Assembly: GCA_963830915.1 (NCBI GenBank)
Contig: CAWHOE010000052.1
Coordinates: forward strand, 1 to 58,279
Direction of reading: 5' to 3'
From: a candidate division FCPU426 bacterium
Lineage (GTDB): Bacteria > Oederibacteriota > Muellerivitia > Muellerivitales > Muellerivitaceae
Length of the DNA: 58,279 bases
The first letter of the stretch is position 1. Each line of letters begins with the position of its first letter. The position numbers and the translations under genes are program-made. Below the pieces are notes generated by a model. That model saw nothing but the letters and a program-made list of their open reading frames with translations, ran no database searches and was not told where the DNA came from. Positions 10,631 through 20,448 of the stretch are shown here, one piece after another.

Positions 10631-13600
10631 GTGGCTAAAAAAACCAAACTGAACATTTTCGATCTGTTAAAGAAACCTTTCTTTCTAGTCATTTTGATCA
10701 CCGTCTTGGGCGGTTGTTTCAGGTTTTATAACCTTGATTGGGATTTTCAACATTCCTTTCATCCTGACGAGAGGAATATTTTAGGGGAAACCTCTGGAAT
10801 CCAGTCCAATACCGGTTACAGGGTAAGATTTTTCGCTTATGGACAGTTACCCGTATATTTATATCGAGCTACGGGCGAACTGATTTCGGTTCCGCCTTTT
10901 TTTATGAGTATTTGCGGCAACAACGACGTTTGGGCGAAAAATGTTTATTGGCTATTCCTGGCGCTTTTATTGGCCTTATTAGGTTGGTTTCTACCCAAAG
11001 AAAAATTCAAAATGGCTTCTTTTGGGGTAGCGGCCTTATTGTTCAATGGAGTCCTTTTATTAAAGTTCTTTAATATTTTCTCCTTGTGGTTCAATGCGAT
11101 CAGCGATCTATCCCTTAAAGGGGCGAATTTTCTCTTTCTGACGGTTGTGACCTTTGGCATTTCCGCCATAGTGGCGTATCTCTTCGAAATTGAATGGTTG
11201 GGGATGCCCTTCTATGGGGCTTGCGGCACAACCTTTGTACTGGGAATTTTACCCTTCTTTCTCCCTGACCCATTCGCAAGAACTTTTGGTGTGCTTGCTT
11301 TTACATTATTGGTTGCGATCGGGTTTAACTGGTTTGGGTGGGTGTCCAGGTGGGGAAGGCTCATTATGGGAGTCTTGGCCGTTTGGTCCCTTTTAGCATC
11401 CTGCAGTCATCCGGGACCCCAATTTACCGGCTATGGAGAAACAATGTTGATCGGCCGTTGGTGGGCGGCCTTTTTTTCAACCGCGACCATTTTGGCAGTT
11501 TTTCTTTTTGTTCAAAAGGTTTACAAAAATAGAGGAATGGCGCTTTTAGCGTCCTCCGCATTTGCGTTCTCGGTAGTTAGCATCCAAGTGGCTCACTATT
11601 GCATTACAGAATCTTTCATTACGTTGATGCTGGTCGTTGTAGCCTCGCTTGCTTATGAAGTTTACATTGAAGGTAGCTGGAAAAATTATCTTTTGGTAGG
11701 TACCGCGTTCGGCTTGTCCATGGCCGCGAAAACCAGTTCTCTTTATTACGTTTTAATATTCATTTTGGCCCATTTGTTGTTCCTCTCAAAAACCGGTGAG
11801 AAAGAATGGCTAAAAGAAGATAAAAAGAACAAGGATTATCAGGGGTTATATTCGATTCTGGCAGGCGCGCTCCTTGGTCTTGGTTTGATAGCTTTCATAG
11901 GGGTTGGCCTTAATTTTCATAATATCCTCCAAGAATTATTTCCTTCCAATCCCAAGAACGGAACCATTGTTTGGATTTTGCTTTTCATCCTTCTGGCAGG
12001 GCTTGGTTTCACTTTGTTCACTTGGGGGGTCACAAAGTTAAAAGTGGTTAGGGCACAGATCCCCTATTGGATCAAGCTTGCGGCATCGGGCGGACTTTCA
12101 TTTGTTGTGTTTTGTTTGCTCTCGCCTTGGTCGCTTTTGGATATTCAGCATTTTATGGAATCCCAAGGATATGAATGGCATGTGGTTTCGATCGCAGACG
12201 CTTGTTATGTGTTGCAATTCAAGGACACCCCCAGATATCTTTTCCATCTTTGGAATTTAATGAGCGTTGAATTATGGTGGCCTTTGGGAATAACGGCTGT
12301 CTTGGGCATGATTTGGGTATTGGCAAAATTCATACTTAGACTCGTCAAGCCGGTAACTATTGGGACTATACTTCCCACGCCTTTCTCACCAAAAAAAGGG
12401 TTCGCGTTTTCACTTCCGGATCTCATATTACTGGTGTGGTTCATTCCTTATTTTGGCTTTATCGGCGGATGGAACACCAAGTTCATCCGCTACATGGTTC
12501 CTCTGATACCGGTTTTCTGCATTTTTGGAGCTCGATTTTTAACCGATCTTTTCCAATATTTTGATGTCAAAAATATCGTAATAAAAGCCCTGAAACCTGC
12601 CCTAATAATTGTGGTATTGGGCGGAAGCCTTTTTTATTCCGTGGCTTATATGCATGTTTATGTTTTCCACCACCCTTGGATAGCCTCTTCAGTTTGGATA
12701 TTCAAAAACATTCCTCAGGGTTCCATGATCCTGAAAGAAGCTTGGGATGATGGGTTGCCTACCGGGGTTGATCCCAGCCAGGACTCCAGTTTGGATCATC
12801 CGATGGGTCCCCAGAATTATCGTCAACAGGATATGACCATTTATGAGTTACATGGATTCCTGACGGATGATAGTCAGATTAAAAGGAATTATTACGCCAA
12901 TATCCTTCAACAAGGCGATTACATCAGTATCGCCTCAAAAAAGCTTTGGTACACCCTGACCAACTGTTCACCAGAATTCAAACCAAATGGATTTTGCGCC
13001 TATCCGATCACTTCACGTTATTACAGACTTCTTTGGTCTGGACTTTTGGGGTACAAGATGGTGGGCGAATTCCATAATTTCCCAGCATTATTTGGTTGGG
13101 TTCACCCGGATGATATGGCGGAAGAATCCTTCTCGGTTTACGACCATCCTCGCGTCTATATTTTCAAAAAATATGAAACAGTTCCTCCTGAACGCATTTT
13201 AAAACTTTTGGATTCGGATGATTATGTGAAGGGGATCAATCGGGATATTATGAGGACCATTACCCCGGAAAACGTGGATGCATTCATCGAATCCCGTCAC
13301 AAATATCTGCAGGATTCTGGGTTATTACAAAAATTGGATGAAACTGCGCCTGTTTCCCAAGCGACCACTGTTTTATCCCCATTAACCTCCAATCTTCCCC
13401 CACCTGGAAATGCCTCAAAAGTGGAAAAAGCAAATCCTCAACCAACTCCCGAAATAAAAGTTATTGCTCCAGCGACTGTTCCGGGCCTGCCAAGCAACCA
13501 AACATTACAAGTCCTAAAATCATACGCAGATCACCCTTTCATTGAATCCAGCCTTAATAACACCCAACCCGCCAAAGAAGAACGGACTTTTTTACCAAAT

Positions 13601-13861
13601 TTGGGCCTGGTTGATATGGTTGGTCCTTTTGATCGTTTTGGGATGGTTGGCTCTGCCCCTGACTCTGAAAATATTTTTACCATTGGGTTCCGGGGCATAT
13701 TCGTTAAGCAAAGTATTCGGATTCTTTATTTTTGCTTGGGTTGTCTGGTTTTTCACCAGTGTTCATTGTTGCAAGTTCACTATGGGGTCCTGCTGGTTTT
13801 GGCTGTTATTACTGGGGTTTATTTCGGCTTGGGCCTATTGGAAGCAATGGAAATCCATTAA
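10631..13861 (+). CDS. PMT/GT39 (ArnT-like) glycosyltransferase module; N-terminal part of a frameshifted fusion with the next ORF
   Basis: FHPDERNI (DE catalytic-type motif), FAYGQLP, AHYCITES, AAKTSS, KFIRYMVP, AEESFSVYDHPRV. After ~13590 the frame loses protein-like character while the +1 frame begins a TM domain. Confidence 0.8.
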   Translation: MAKKTKLNIFDLLKKPFFLVILITVLGGCFRFYNLDWDFQHSFHPDERNILGETSGIQSNTGYRVRFFAYGQLPVYLYRATGELISVPPFFMSICGNNDVWAKNVYWLFLALLLALLGWFLPKEKFKMASFGVAALLFNGVLLLKFFNIFSLWFNAISDLSLKGANFLFLTVVTFGISAIVAYLFEIEWLGMPFYGACGTTFVLGILPFFLPDPFARTFGVLAFTLLVAIGFNWFGWVSRWGRLIMGVLAVWSLLASCSHPGPQFTGYGETMLIGRWWAAFFSTATILAVFLFVQKVYKNRGMALLASSAFAFSVVSIQVAHYCITESFITLMLVVVASLAYEVYIEGSWKNYLLVGTAFGLSMAAKTSSLYYVLIFILAHLLFLSKTGEKEWLKEDKKNKDYQGLYSILAGALLGLGLIAFIGVGLNFHNILQELFPSNPKNGTIVWILLFILLAGLGFTLFTWGVTKLKVVRAQIPYWIKLAASGGLSFVVFCLLSPWSLLDIQHFMESQGYEWHVVSIADACYVLQFKDTPRYLFHLWNLMSVELWWPLGITAVLGMIWVLAKFILRLVKPVTIGTILPTPFSPKKGFAFSLPDLILLVWFIPYFGFIGGWNTKFIRYMVPLIPVFCIFGARFLTDLFQYFDVKNIVIKALKPALIIVVLGGSLFYSVAYMHVYVFHHPWIASSVWIFKNIPQGSMILKEAWDDGLPTGVDPSQDSSLDHPMGPQNYRQQDMTIYELHGFLTDDSQIKRNYYANILQQGDYISIASKKLWYTLTNCSPEFKPNGFCAYPITSRYYRLLWSGLLGYKMVGEFHNFPALFGWVHPDDMAEESFSVYDHPRVYIFKKYETVPPERILKLLDSDDYVKGINRDIMRTITPENVDAFIESRHKYLQDSGLLQKLDETAPVSQATTVLSPLTSNLPPPGNASKVEKANPQPTPEIKVIAPATVPGLPSNQTLQVLKSYADHPFIESSLNNTQPAKEERTFLPNLGLVDMVGPFDRFGMVGSAPDSENIFTIGFRGIFVKQSIRILYFCLGCLVFHQCSLLQVHYGVLLVLAVITGVYFGLGLLEAMEIH

Positions 13862-16802
13862 ACCCCTTTATACCAAGTGGTCCAAGACATGGTTAATTCA
13901 AGAAGGCGCATTCGTTCTGGCTTTTGCCCTTTTTTCCCTCGTGAAAATATTTATCGCACATATTCACGACCCGGTTGGTGAAGGTTACAACGGTGGCGGG
14001 GAAGCGGGGATGGATTTTGGGTTTTTGGCATCGGTGGTCCGCGGCGAGACGTTCCCACCTCAAAATATGTGGATGGCTGGATTGCCCATCGGTTACACCT
14101 TTTATTATGGGCATTTGATGATGGGCGTATTGACCAAAACGTTGGGATTGGTGCCTGCCATTACATACAATCTGGCGCTGATCACCCTATTCGCCATGAT
14201 ATTTTCCTGCGCATTTGGTTTGGCTTACGCTCTATCGGGCAGGCTTTCTAGTGGTTGGATCGCCGGCGCCTTATGTGCCTTGGCAGGGAATCCGGACGGA
14301 ATAAAACAGTACATGGATGTTATTCGCCAATGCTTCATGGCCCATAATCTAAGCCCTTTGTTGCAGCATGTTTATGATTATTGGGGCCCCACGCGGGTTA
14401 TTCCTCCCCTCTCGATCAATGAGTTCCCCTATTTCAGTGTTCTTTATGGGGATATGCATGCTCACACGTTAGCCATGCCTTTTGCCATGTTATTGATAGG
14501 GGTTATTGCGTCCGTATATCTATCAATGACAACAAAAGCATTTGATTGGAAGAAGGATTGGGCAGGATTATTGACGGCTGGTTTTTTGCTCGGTGGCATT
14601 GCTTTTCTCAACACTTGGGAAATTCCAACTTGGTTGGGTTTATTAGGAATCGCTTTATTGGTCCGTCACCTTTCGGGGTTGAACGGAAAAGTTTTGCAAA
14701 AGGGTCTTACGATCACATTCGGGACGATCGTAATAGCTTTAGCGCTTTTGGGCTGGTGGGTCACCATCAATCCGTTCTGGCTCAGATACCTTGGTATCGA
14801 AATGACGCAGCATGCATTAGGCGGGGCGACTCCATTTTTAATCGGCTTCGCTGGATTAGGTTTCTTAGCCGCGGTTATCTGGCTTTTCATCCAGAAATCA
14901 ACCCAGCTTTTTTCTGAGCAACTCATCACAATAACGATTAGCGTTTTAGCAGTTCTAGTAGCGGCTGGACTTTTATGGATACCTTACTTTGCCAATTTTT
15001 CCCCTCAACAAAACAAAATCATGTGGGTGATTCCGACCATTCGGACATCGATCAAAGATTTTTTTAGTGTCCACGGTTTTTTCCTTTCGGTAATTCTGAT
15101 GAGTTTTGCTGTGGCTTTTTCTAAAGAGATCGTTAATTGGGTAGGGAATAACAAGAAAGAAAAGTTGGGTTGGGAAATATATCTGGATAAATTCTTGGGA
15201 GCACTCAAAAGACTAGTGTCGCCCCATACCGCGGTTCAAGGGATGCTGTCCTTGGGTTTGGCCTCTTTGACGGTTATTTGGGGTGCGTCCTGGGCGCATT
15301 GGACCGAACCACAAGACAAAATGGTGATCTCGGAATGTTTCGCGTCCCTTACGGCGATCTTGTTGGTCGTAGCCATTTATTTCAAGGATCGCTTGGAGAT
15401 ATGGGCGGCTGAGATCGTGATCGTATTATTATGGGTGTCAGTTTTAGTTTTTCAGGGAATTCATTTGATCCAAGACAAACCATTCACTTTGGAATTGGGC
15501 CTTTTTTCTGTTTTATGGCTTTTGGCGTTTTTCTACTTGGGAACCGCGGTTAAGGTTTTCAAGGATCGTAATCTTTCTTTTTCCTATATTATCGTTTCCT
15601 TTTTCTTCTTTATCACAGCCACCCTTGAAATCTTTGTGATGAGTGAATATTTCGGTTTCGGGGACGGCATGAGGAACAATTCAATGTTCAAATATGGGAT
15701 CAACGCTTGGACTCTGGCTTCAATTGGGAGCGGTATCTTTTTACCTAAAATATTCGATTTCTTCTCGAATCTTTTGAGAACAATAAAGAAAGAATCCGCC
15801 TCTTCTAGGATGTTGTTGGTCATTACATCGGGGGTTATTTTCTTTGTTTTATTTCGGATTGTTTTGGACAGCTATTTGTCCGCCCTTCAGATTTCATTTA
15901 TCAGCGTTATTAACATCATGTTCATCGTTGGTTTTTTAATATGGAATCTGGTGGAAAACCGCCCAAAGAATGTGATCGCCAAAGGATTTGCTATTGGTTT
16001 GGTTGGAATTCTTGTTTTGTTTTCCGCAATCCCGCTTTTTCCTTCCGCCTCATATAGTTCTGGGCTAGGGTTATTCCAAAGGTGGTGTGAGGACCAAAAT
16101 CTAGAAACGATTTTCCCGGCGGTTTTAGCCTTGATCACCATTACGGCCACCTATTTCTTTTGGGAAAAAAGGAAAGATCTAGGTCGGAGGATGGTTTATC
16201 AAAGCTGGGTATATCTACTGACGGCCTTGATCATTTCCGTTTCTGTGTATCCAATTGCCTCGACTTGGAGAAAATGCCATGGTTTTTTCAGCTATTTCCA
16301 ACATCAGTGGGGTGTTAACGAATCCCCCACTTTGAATGGGTTGGCATATATCAGTCCCGCCAATCCTGCTGATGGGGCCGCTATTAAATTCTTGAACGAA
16401 CATATCCCAGATCAACCATGTTTGGTTGAATTCGTTGGTGAGGGCTACAACTCATGGGGTTCAAGATTCTCGATATTTACCGGGATCCCAGCTCTGATGG
16501 GTTGGAATGGGCATGTGGGAGAGTGGGTTGGCGCGCATCTCGGCCAAGATATTCAACAAAGATTCGACGCTACAGAAACAATATTTCGAACAACCGACAT
16601 TAATTTAGCCAAAAAGACCCTAGATGCTTATGGCGTGAGGCTTGTCATGGTTGGAACAGTAGAGAGGGAAGGGGTGCCGGGTGGTGGACGGAAAAAAGGA
16701 TATCCCCCGGAGGGGTTGGCTAAATTCCCCCAATTTTTACCGTTAATTTATAAAAATCCAGGGGTGGAAATTTATTATAATCCCCCACCTGTATCGCAAT
16801 GA
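13542..16802 (+). CDS. DUF2298 (Chlor_Arch_YYY-like) GT-C membrane module; C-terminal part of the frameshifted fusion
   Basis: GEAGMDF, PPQNMWMAG, TFYYGH, INEFPYFSVLYGDMHAH, NTWEIP, NSMFKY, TGIPALMGW. No convincing RBS or start codon of its own. Confidence 0.82.
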   Translation: MNPALITPNPPKKNGLFYQIWAWLIWLVLLIVLGWLALPLTLKIFLPLGSGAYSLSKVFGFFIFAWVVWFFTSVHCCKFTMGSCWFWLLLLGFISAWAYWKQWKSIKPLYTKWSKTWLIQEGAFVLAFALFSLVKIFIAHIHDPVGEGYNGGGEAGMDFGFLASVVRGETFPPQNMWMAGLPIGYTFYYGHLMMGVLTKTLGLVPAITYNLALITLFAMIFSCAFGLAYALSGRLSSGWIAGALCALAGNPDGIKQYMDVIRQCFMAHNLSPLLQHVYDYWGPTRVIPPLSINEFPYFSVLYGDMHAHTLAMPFAMLLIGVIASVYLSMTTKAFDWKKDWAGLLTAGFLLGGIAFLNTWEIPTWLGLLGIALLVRHLSGLNGKVLQKGLTITFGTIVIALALLGWWVTINPFWLRYLGIEMTQHALGGATPFLIGFAGLGFLAAVIWLFIQKSTQLFSEQLITITISVLAVLVAAGLLWIPYFANFSPQQNKIMWVIPTIRTSIKDFFSVHGFFLSVILMSFAVAFSKEIVNWVGNNKKEKLGWEIYLDKFLGALKRLVSPHTAVQGMLSLGLASLTVIWGASWAHWTEPQDKMVISECFASLTAILLVVAIYFKDRLEIWAAEIVIVLLWVSVLVFQGIHLIQDKPFTLELGLFSVLWLLAFFYLGTAVKVFKDRNLSFSYIIVSFFFFITATLEIFVMSEYFGFGDGMRNNSMFKYGINAWTLASIGSGIFLPKIFDFFSNLLRTIKKESASSRMLLVITSGVIFFVLFRIVLDSYLSALQISFISVINIMFIVGFLIWNLVENRPKNVIAKGFAIGLVGILVLFSAIPLFPSASYSSGLGLFQRWCEDQNLETIFPAVLALITITATYFFWEKRKDLGRRMVYQSWVYLLTALIISVSVYPIASTWRKCHGFFSYFQHQWGVNESPTLNGLAYISPANPADGAAIKFLNEHIPDQPCLVEFVGEGYNSWGSRFSIFTGIPALMGWNGHVGEWVGAHLGQDIQQRFDATETIFRTTDINLAKKTLDAYGVRLVMVGTVEREGVPGGGRKKGYPPEGLAKFPQFLPLIYKNPGVEIYYNPPPVSQ

Positions 16803-16852
16803 TCTTACACAGGTTTAAATAACTCGTAATCAATTACTGGGAGGTTTTTCAG

Positions 16853-19366
16853 ATGGGGCCACTCTTTGGTTGGTGGTTTTTGATCGAAATTTTAGGGCTC
16901 ATGGCCCTTCCTTTAACCCTGATATTATTAAAACAACTTCCGGATAAAGGCTATATTTTTAGCAAAGTTTTAGCTCTCCTTTTTGTGGGTTATTTTTCAT
17001 GGTTATTCAGTTACGCCTCATTCGGTATTGGAAGTATCTTGCTTTCCATTTTGTTACTGGTGGCGGTTTCCCTCTTTCTCTTAAAAGATTCCTGGATATC
17101 CTTCAAGGAATTTCTTTCGAAAAACATAGGCTTTATTTTAGTCATTGAATGTTTTTTCCTAGTGGCGTTTTTGGTGGCAGGTGCATATAAAATGCGCACA
17201 CCGGAAATCGTCGGGACAGAAAAACCCATGGATTTCGCGATGATCAACGGGATACTGGCGTCTCCATCCATGCCACCTCAAGACCCGTGGTTATCCGGGG
17301 GAAGTATTTCCTATTATTACTTTGGTTATTTTATTGTTGCTGTATTGACCAAGATATCCGGCGTTGCTTCAGGTGAGGGTTATAATCTGGCAGTCGCTTT
17401 GACCTGGGCGCTTGCGGCTGTCTGCACTTTTTCGATAGCTTACGCATTGACACGCCGGTATCGTTATTCAATCTTTTCGACCTTTTGCTTGGCGATCTTC
17501 GGCAATCTGGATTATTGGCATAGAGCGATCCAAAGTTTTCAAGTCGGCGATATCCGAATCCCTTACTATAACTTTCCGGCTAATCCATCCGCTGAAACGG
17601 GATTGCCTGGTTTTTTTAGTTTTCTTTTCAGCCCTCTGGCACATTATTGGGATTATTTTCAAGCCTCACGAATCGTTCCGGTCCCTCCAACGGATAAACT
17701 CATTAATGAATTTCCCTCGTTCAGTTTCTTCCTTTCCGATCTTCACCCGCATGTTATGGCAATTCCATTTGTCCTTTTGGCGATCACGGTTGCATTTAAC
17801 CTTTTAAAGTCCCCGTATCCTGGTTTGGGTGTTTTTTCTTTTAGACCAATTTGGCAAGGTATCCAATGGATCCTATTGATGGTTCTTTTTGGGGGCTTGT
17901 CGATGCTCAACAGCTGGGATTTCCCTACGCTCATGCTTCTGCTAGGTGTTTGCCTAGCATTACAGCAATGGTGGGCAAATGAGAAGGATTTTAAACAATG
18001 GCTTATTTCAACGGCTTTGGTAGGAATTCCTGTCGTGATTGGTTCGTTTCTTTTATATCTTCCGTTTTATCTCAAATTTCAATCGCAAGCGAAGGGATTA
18101 GGATTTGTCCAAGATCGCACGGATCTATATTACGTTGGTATAATATTCGGATCATTTTTGGTGGTTCTCATTCCCGCCTTGCTAGGGAAAGCATTTCCGA
18201 CGGAATCGGCAGAGAAAAATCAAAAAAACAAGATCAAGCGGGTTGAAGAATGGCAATGCGTTTACTGCGGCAGGGAAAACTCAGGTAAGAAATTTTGTGG
18301 TGTGTGCGGTGGAGAATTAGCCCCTGCGTTCGGTGTTGAAGTGACCCCATTCCCCCATGATAAAGTTCGAGATGCCTTGTTGAGGTTACGTAATCTTTTT
18401 GTTTCTGAAAAGGATCAATGGAGGGCTTGGGCTGTATTGGGAACGGTTATTGTCCTATTGACTCTTTTGAATCTTGGATCGCTAAAACTGGGTACCCTTT
18501 GTTTTGCCCTTTTTGTACTTTTGATAGCGATCATTTCTCTCTCAATTAAATATGAAAGCAGGGAAGCTGTTTTCGCCACCTTGTTGTCCATGTTGGCGAT
18601 GTGTTTGCTGATGGGGTGCGAAGTTTTATTCGTCAAAGACCATTTTTCAACCAGCAGTCTTTATCGAATGAATACGGTTTTCAAATTTCATTATCAGTTA
18701 TGGATGCTACTAAGTATCTCATCAGGTTTTTTCCTGAAATGGCTTATGGAAAATCTCTGGGTTAAATGGCCGTCCTGGAAGAAAATCGTTTGGATTGTTG
18801 TAATGAGCTTGGTGTTTCTAGGGGCGGGTCTTTATCCGTTGCTGGCCTTTACGGCAAGGATGCGCTCATCTTCGATCGACAACATCACAATCGATGGATC
18901 GCTTTATTATGAGCGAACTTATCCGGTGGACTATCAGGTAGCACTTTGGATAAAACAAAATGTGAAGCCGATTGGTACCAAAGTACCTGTCATTTTAGAG
19001 GCCTGGGGCGGGTCCTATCATCAGGAATTCGGCCGGATCGCAACCGTCACGGGTTATCCAACCATATTGGGCTGGGATTTTCATGAAGCCCAATGGAGGG
19101 GTTCGTGGAATGAGGCTGTCATTCGTGGCCAAGATCCGACAGATACAGTTCAAAGGCGCCAAGCGGATGTGGATGCCATCTATACCACACAGGACTTGAA
19201 CCAGACCAAAGACTTGTTAAAGCGGTATTCAGTAGATTATGTTTATGTTGGAGATTTGGAGAGGCAGAAATACAAGGACCATCCGGAAAATCTTGGGAAA
19301 TTTGCCCAATTAGGCACTCCAGCGTTTTCCATTGGTAATTCGGTCCTTTATAAGATCAATCCCTGA
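16853..19366 (+). CDS. DUF2298 (Chlor_Arch_YYY / TIGR03662-like) membrane protein with inserted zinc ribbon
   Basis: GTEKPMDF, PPQDPWLSG, SYYYFGY, INEFPSFSFFLSDLHPH, NSWDFP, RMNTVFKF, TGYPTILGW; CVYC-x11-CGVC insert; GGAGG RBS. Confidence 0.88.
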   Translation: MGPLFGWWFLIEILGLMALPLTLILLKQLPDKGYIFSKVLALLFVGYFSWLFSYASFGIGSILLSILLLVAVSLFLLKDSWISFKEFLSKNIGFILVIECFFLVAFLVAGAYKMRTPEIVGTEKPMDFAMINGILASPSMPPQDPWLSGGSISYYYFGYFIVAVLTKISGVASGEGYNLAVALTWALAAVCTFSIAYALTRRYRYSIFSTFCLAIFGNLDYWHRAIQSFQVGDIRIPYYNFPANPSAETGLPGFFSFLFSPLAHYWDYFQASRIVPVPPTDKLINEFPSFSFFLSDLHPHVMAIPFVLLAITVAFNLLKSPYPGLGVFSFRPIWQGIQWILLMVLFGGLSMLNSWDFPTLMLLLGVCLALQQWWANEKDFKQWLISTALVGIPVVIGSFLLYLPFYLKFQSQAKGLGFVQDRTDLYYVGIIFGSFLVVLIPALLGKAFPTESAEKNQKNKIKRVEEWQCVYCGRENSGKKFCGVCGGELAPAFGVEVTPFPHDKVRDALLRLRNLFVSEKDQWRAWAVLGTVIVLLTLLNLGSLKLGTLCFALFVLLIAIISLSIKYESREAVFATLLSMLAMCLLMGCEVLFVKDHFSTSSLYRMNTVFKFHYQLWMLLSISSGFFLKWLMENLWVKWPSWKKIVWIVVMSLVFLGAGLYPLLAFTARMRSSSIDNITIDGSLYYERTYPVDYQVALWIKQNVKPIGTKVPVILEAWGGSYHQEFGRIATVTGYPTILGWDFHEAQWRGSWNEAVIRGQDPTDTVQRRQADVDAIYTTQDLNQTKDLLKRYSVDYVYVGDLERQKYKDHPENLGKFAQLGTPAFSIGNSVLYKINP

Positions 19367-19401
19367 AAAGGGAGAATTAGAAAAAAACATGGAGGTTTAG
19401 G

Positions 19402-20415
19402 ATGCTGAAAATCGGCGATCGTATGGTGACGACAAAAGACTTGATCCTTGTGGGGGTATTGATCCTAGTTGCTATCGCGGCGATATGGGCGATGGTAGGT
19501 TCTAAACCCAAGCCCGTTATTGGTATGCCAGGCACAGGAATGGTCCTCATGCAGGGCGGTCAGCCCGGCTCTGGATTGGGTCAATTTAGCTATCCTCGGG
19601 GTATCGCGGTAAATAGCAAGGGAGAGGTTTATGTTGCGGATAGCAAAAACCATCGTGTGCAAAGATTCAATGGCAAAGATTGGCAATTGATGAGCGATTT
19701 CGGCGGATTCGCTAATGTCGGTGGTGGTGATGTGAAAAAGCTTGTCGCCGATTCTCCCGGTAAACTCAATGAACCGAACGGTCTTTCCATCGGACCAGAT
19801 GATAATGTTTATGTCATTGATACCTGGAATGGCCGGGTCCAAACCTTCACGTCGCGTGGCAGTCATAAACAGACTTTTGCTGTGGATGATGGTTTTTTTG
19901 GACCGCGAGAAATCGTGACCGATGCGAATGGTTTCTTTTATGTCGCTGATACCGGAAAACATCGGATCGTAAAATTCGACTCCAAGGGACAAAAGGTCCG
20001 GGTCTGGGGAAACAAGGGTGATAAACCAGGGGAATTCAATGAACCCATCGGATTGGCGCTTGATCAAGCGGGAAACCTCTATGTGGCGGATCGTTTGAAT
20101 TTCCGCATCCAAGTTTTCAATGCGGATGGGATTTTCGTCAAGCAATGGGCGGTCAAAGGCTGGTCGAAGGAACAGATCGATATGGAACCTCACCTGGCTT
20201 TGGATCAAATCAAAGGGCTCCTTTACGCTACCGATGGCCGTGGCAAGGCTGTTTATTGTTATAAATTAGACGGAACCCTTGTTTTGACCATCGCGAAGGA
20301 CGCTCAAGGAAATAACCTGTTTTCCGTCCCGCTCGGCATCGCGGTTGATAAAGAAGGTAATGTTTACGTAACCGACGCTGGGGCCGGGAAAATATACAAA
20401 ATTAAGGGCCAATAA
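19402..20415 (+). CDS. Membrane-anchored NHL-repeat (6-bladed beta-propeller) protein
   Basis: N-terminal TM helix, then repeated FxxPxGIAV...VYVADxxNHRVQxF units. Confidence 0.9.
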   Translation: MLKIGDRMVTTKDLILVGVLILVAIAAIWAMVGSKPKPVIGMPGTGMVLMQGGQPGSGLGQFSYPRGIAVNSKGEVYVADSKNHRVQRFNGKDWQLMSDFGGFANVGGGDVKKLVADSPGKLNEPNGLSIGPDDNVYVIDTWNGRVQTFTSRGSHKQTFAVDDGFFGPREIVTDANGFFYVADTGKHRIVKFDSKGQKVRVWGNKGDKPGEFNEPIGLALDQAGNLYVADRLNFRIQVFNADGIFVKQWAVKGWSKEQIDMEPHLALDQIKGLLYATDGRGKAVYCYKLDGTLVLTIAKDAQGNNLFSVPLGIAVDKEGNVYVTDAGAGKIYKIKGQ

Positions 20416-20448
20416 TTCCAACTAGGAAAGACTGAATAGGAGTTGAGA

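Noticed and set aside
13588..13594. T-TTT-TTA as a classic -1 slippery heptamer
   Set aside because: The downstream module lies in the +1 frame, so a -1 shift would not join the ORFs.
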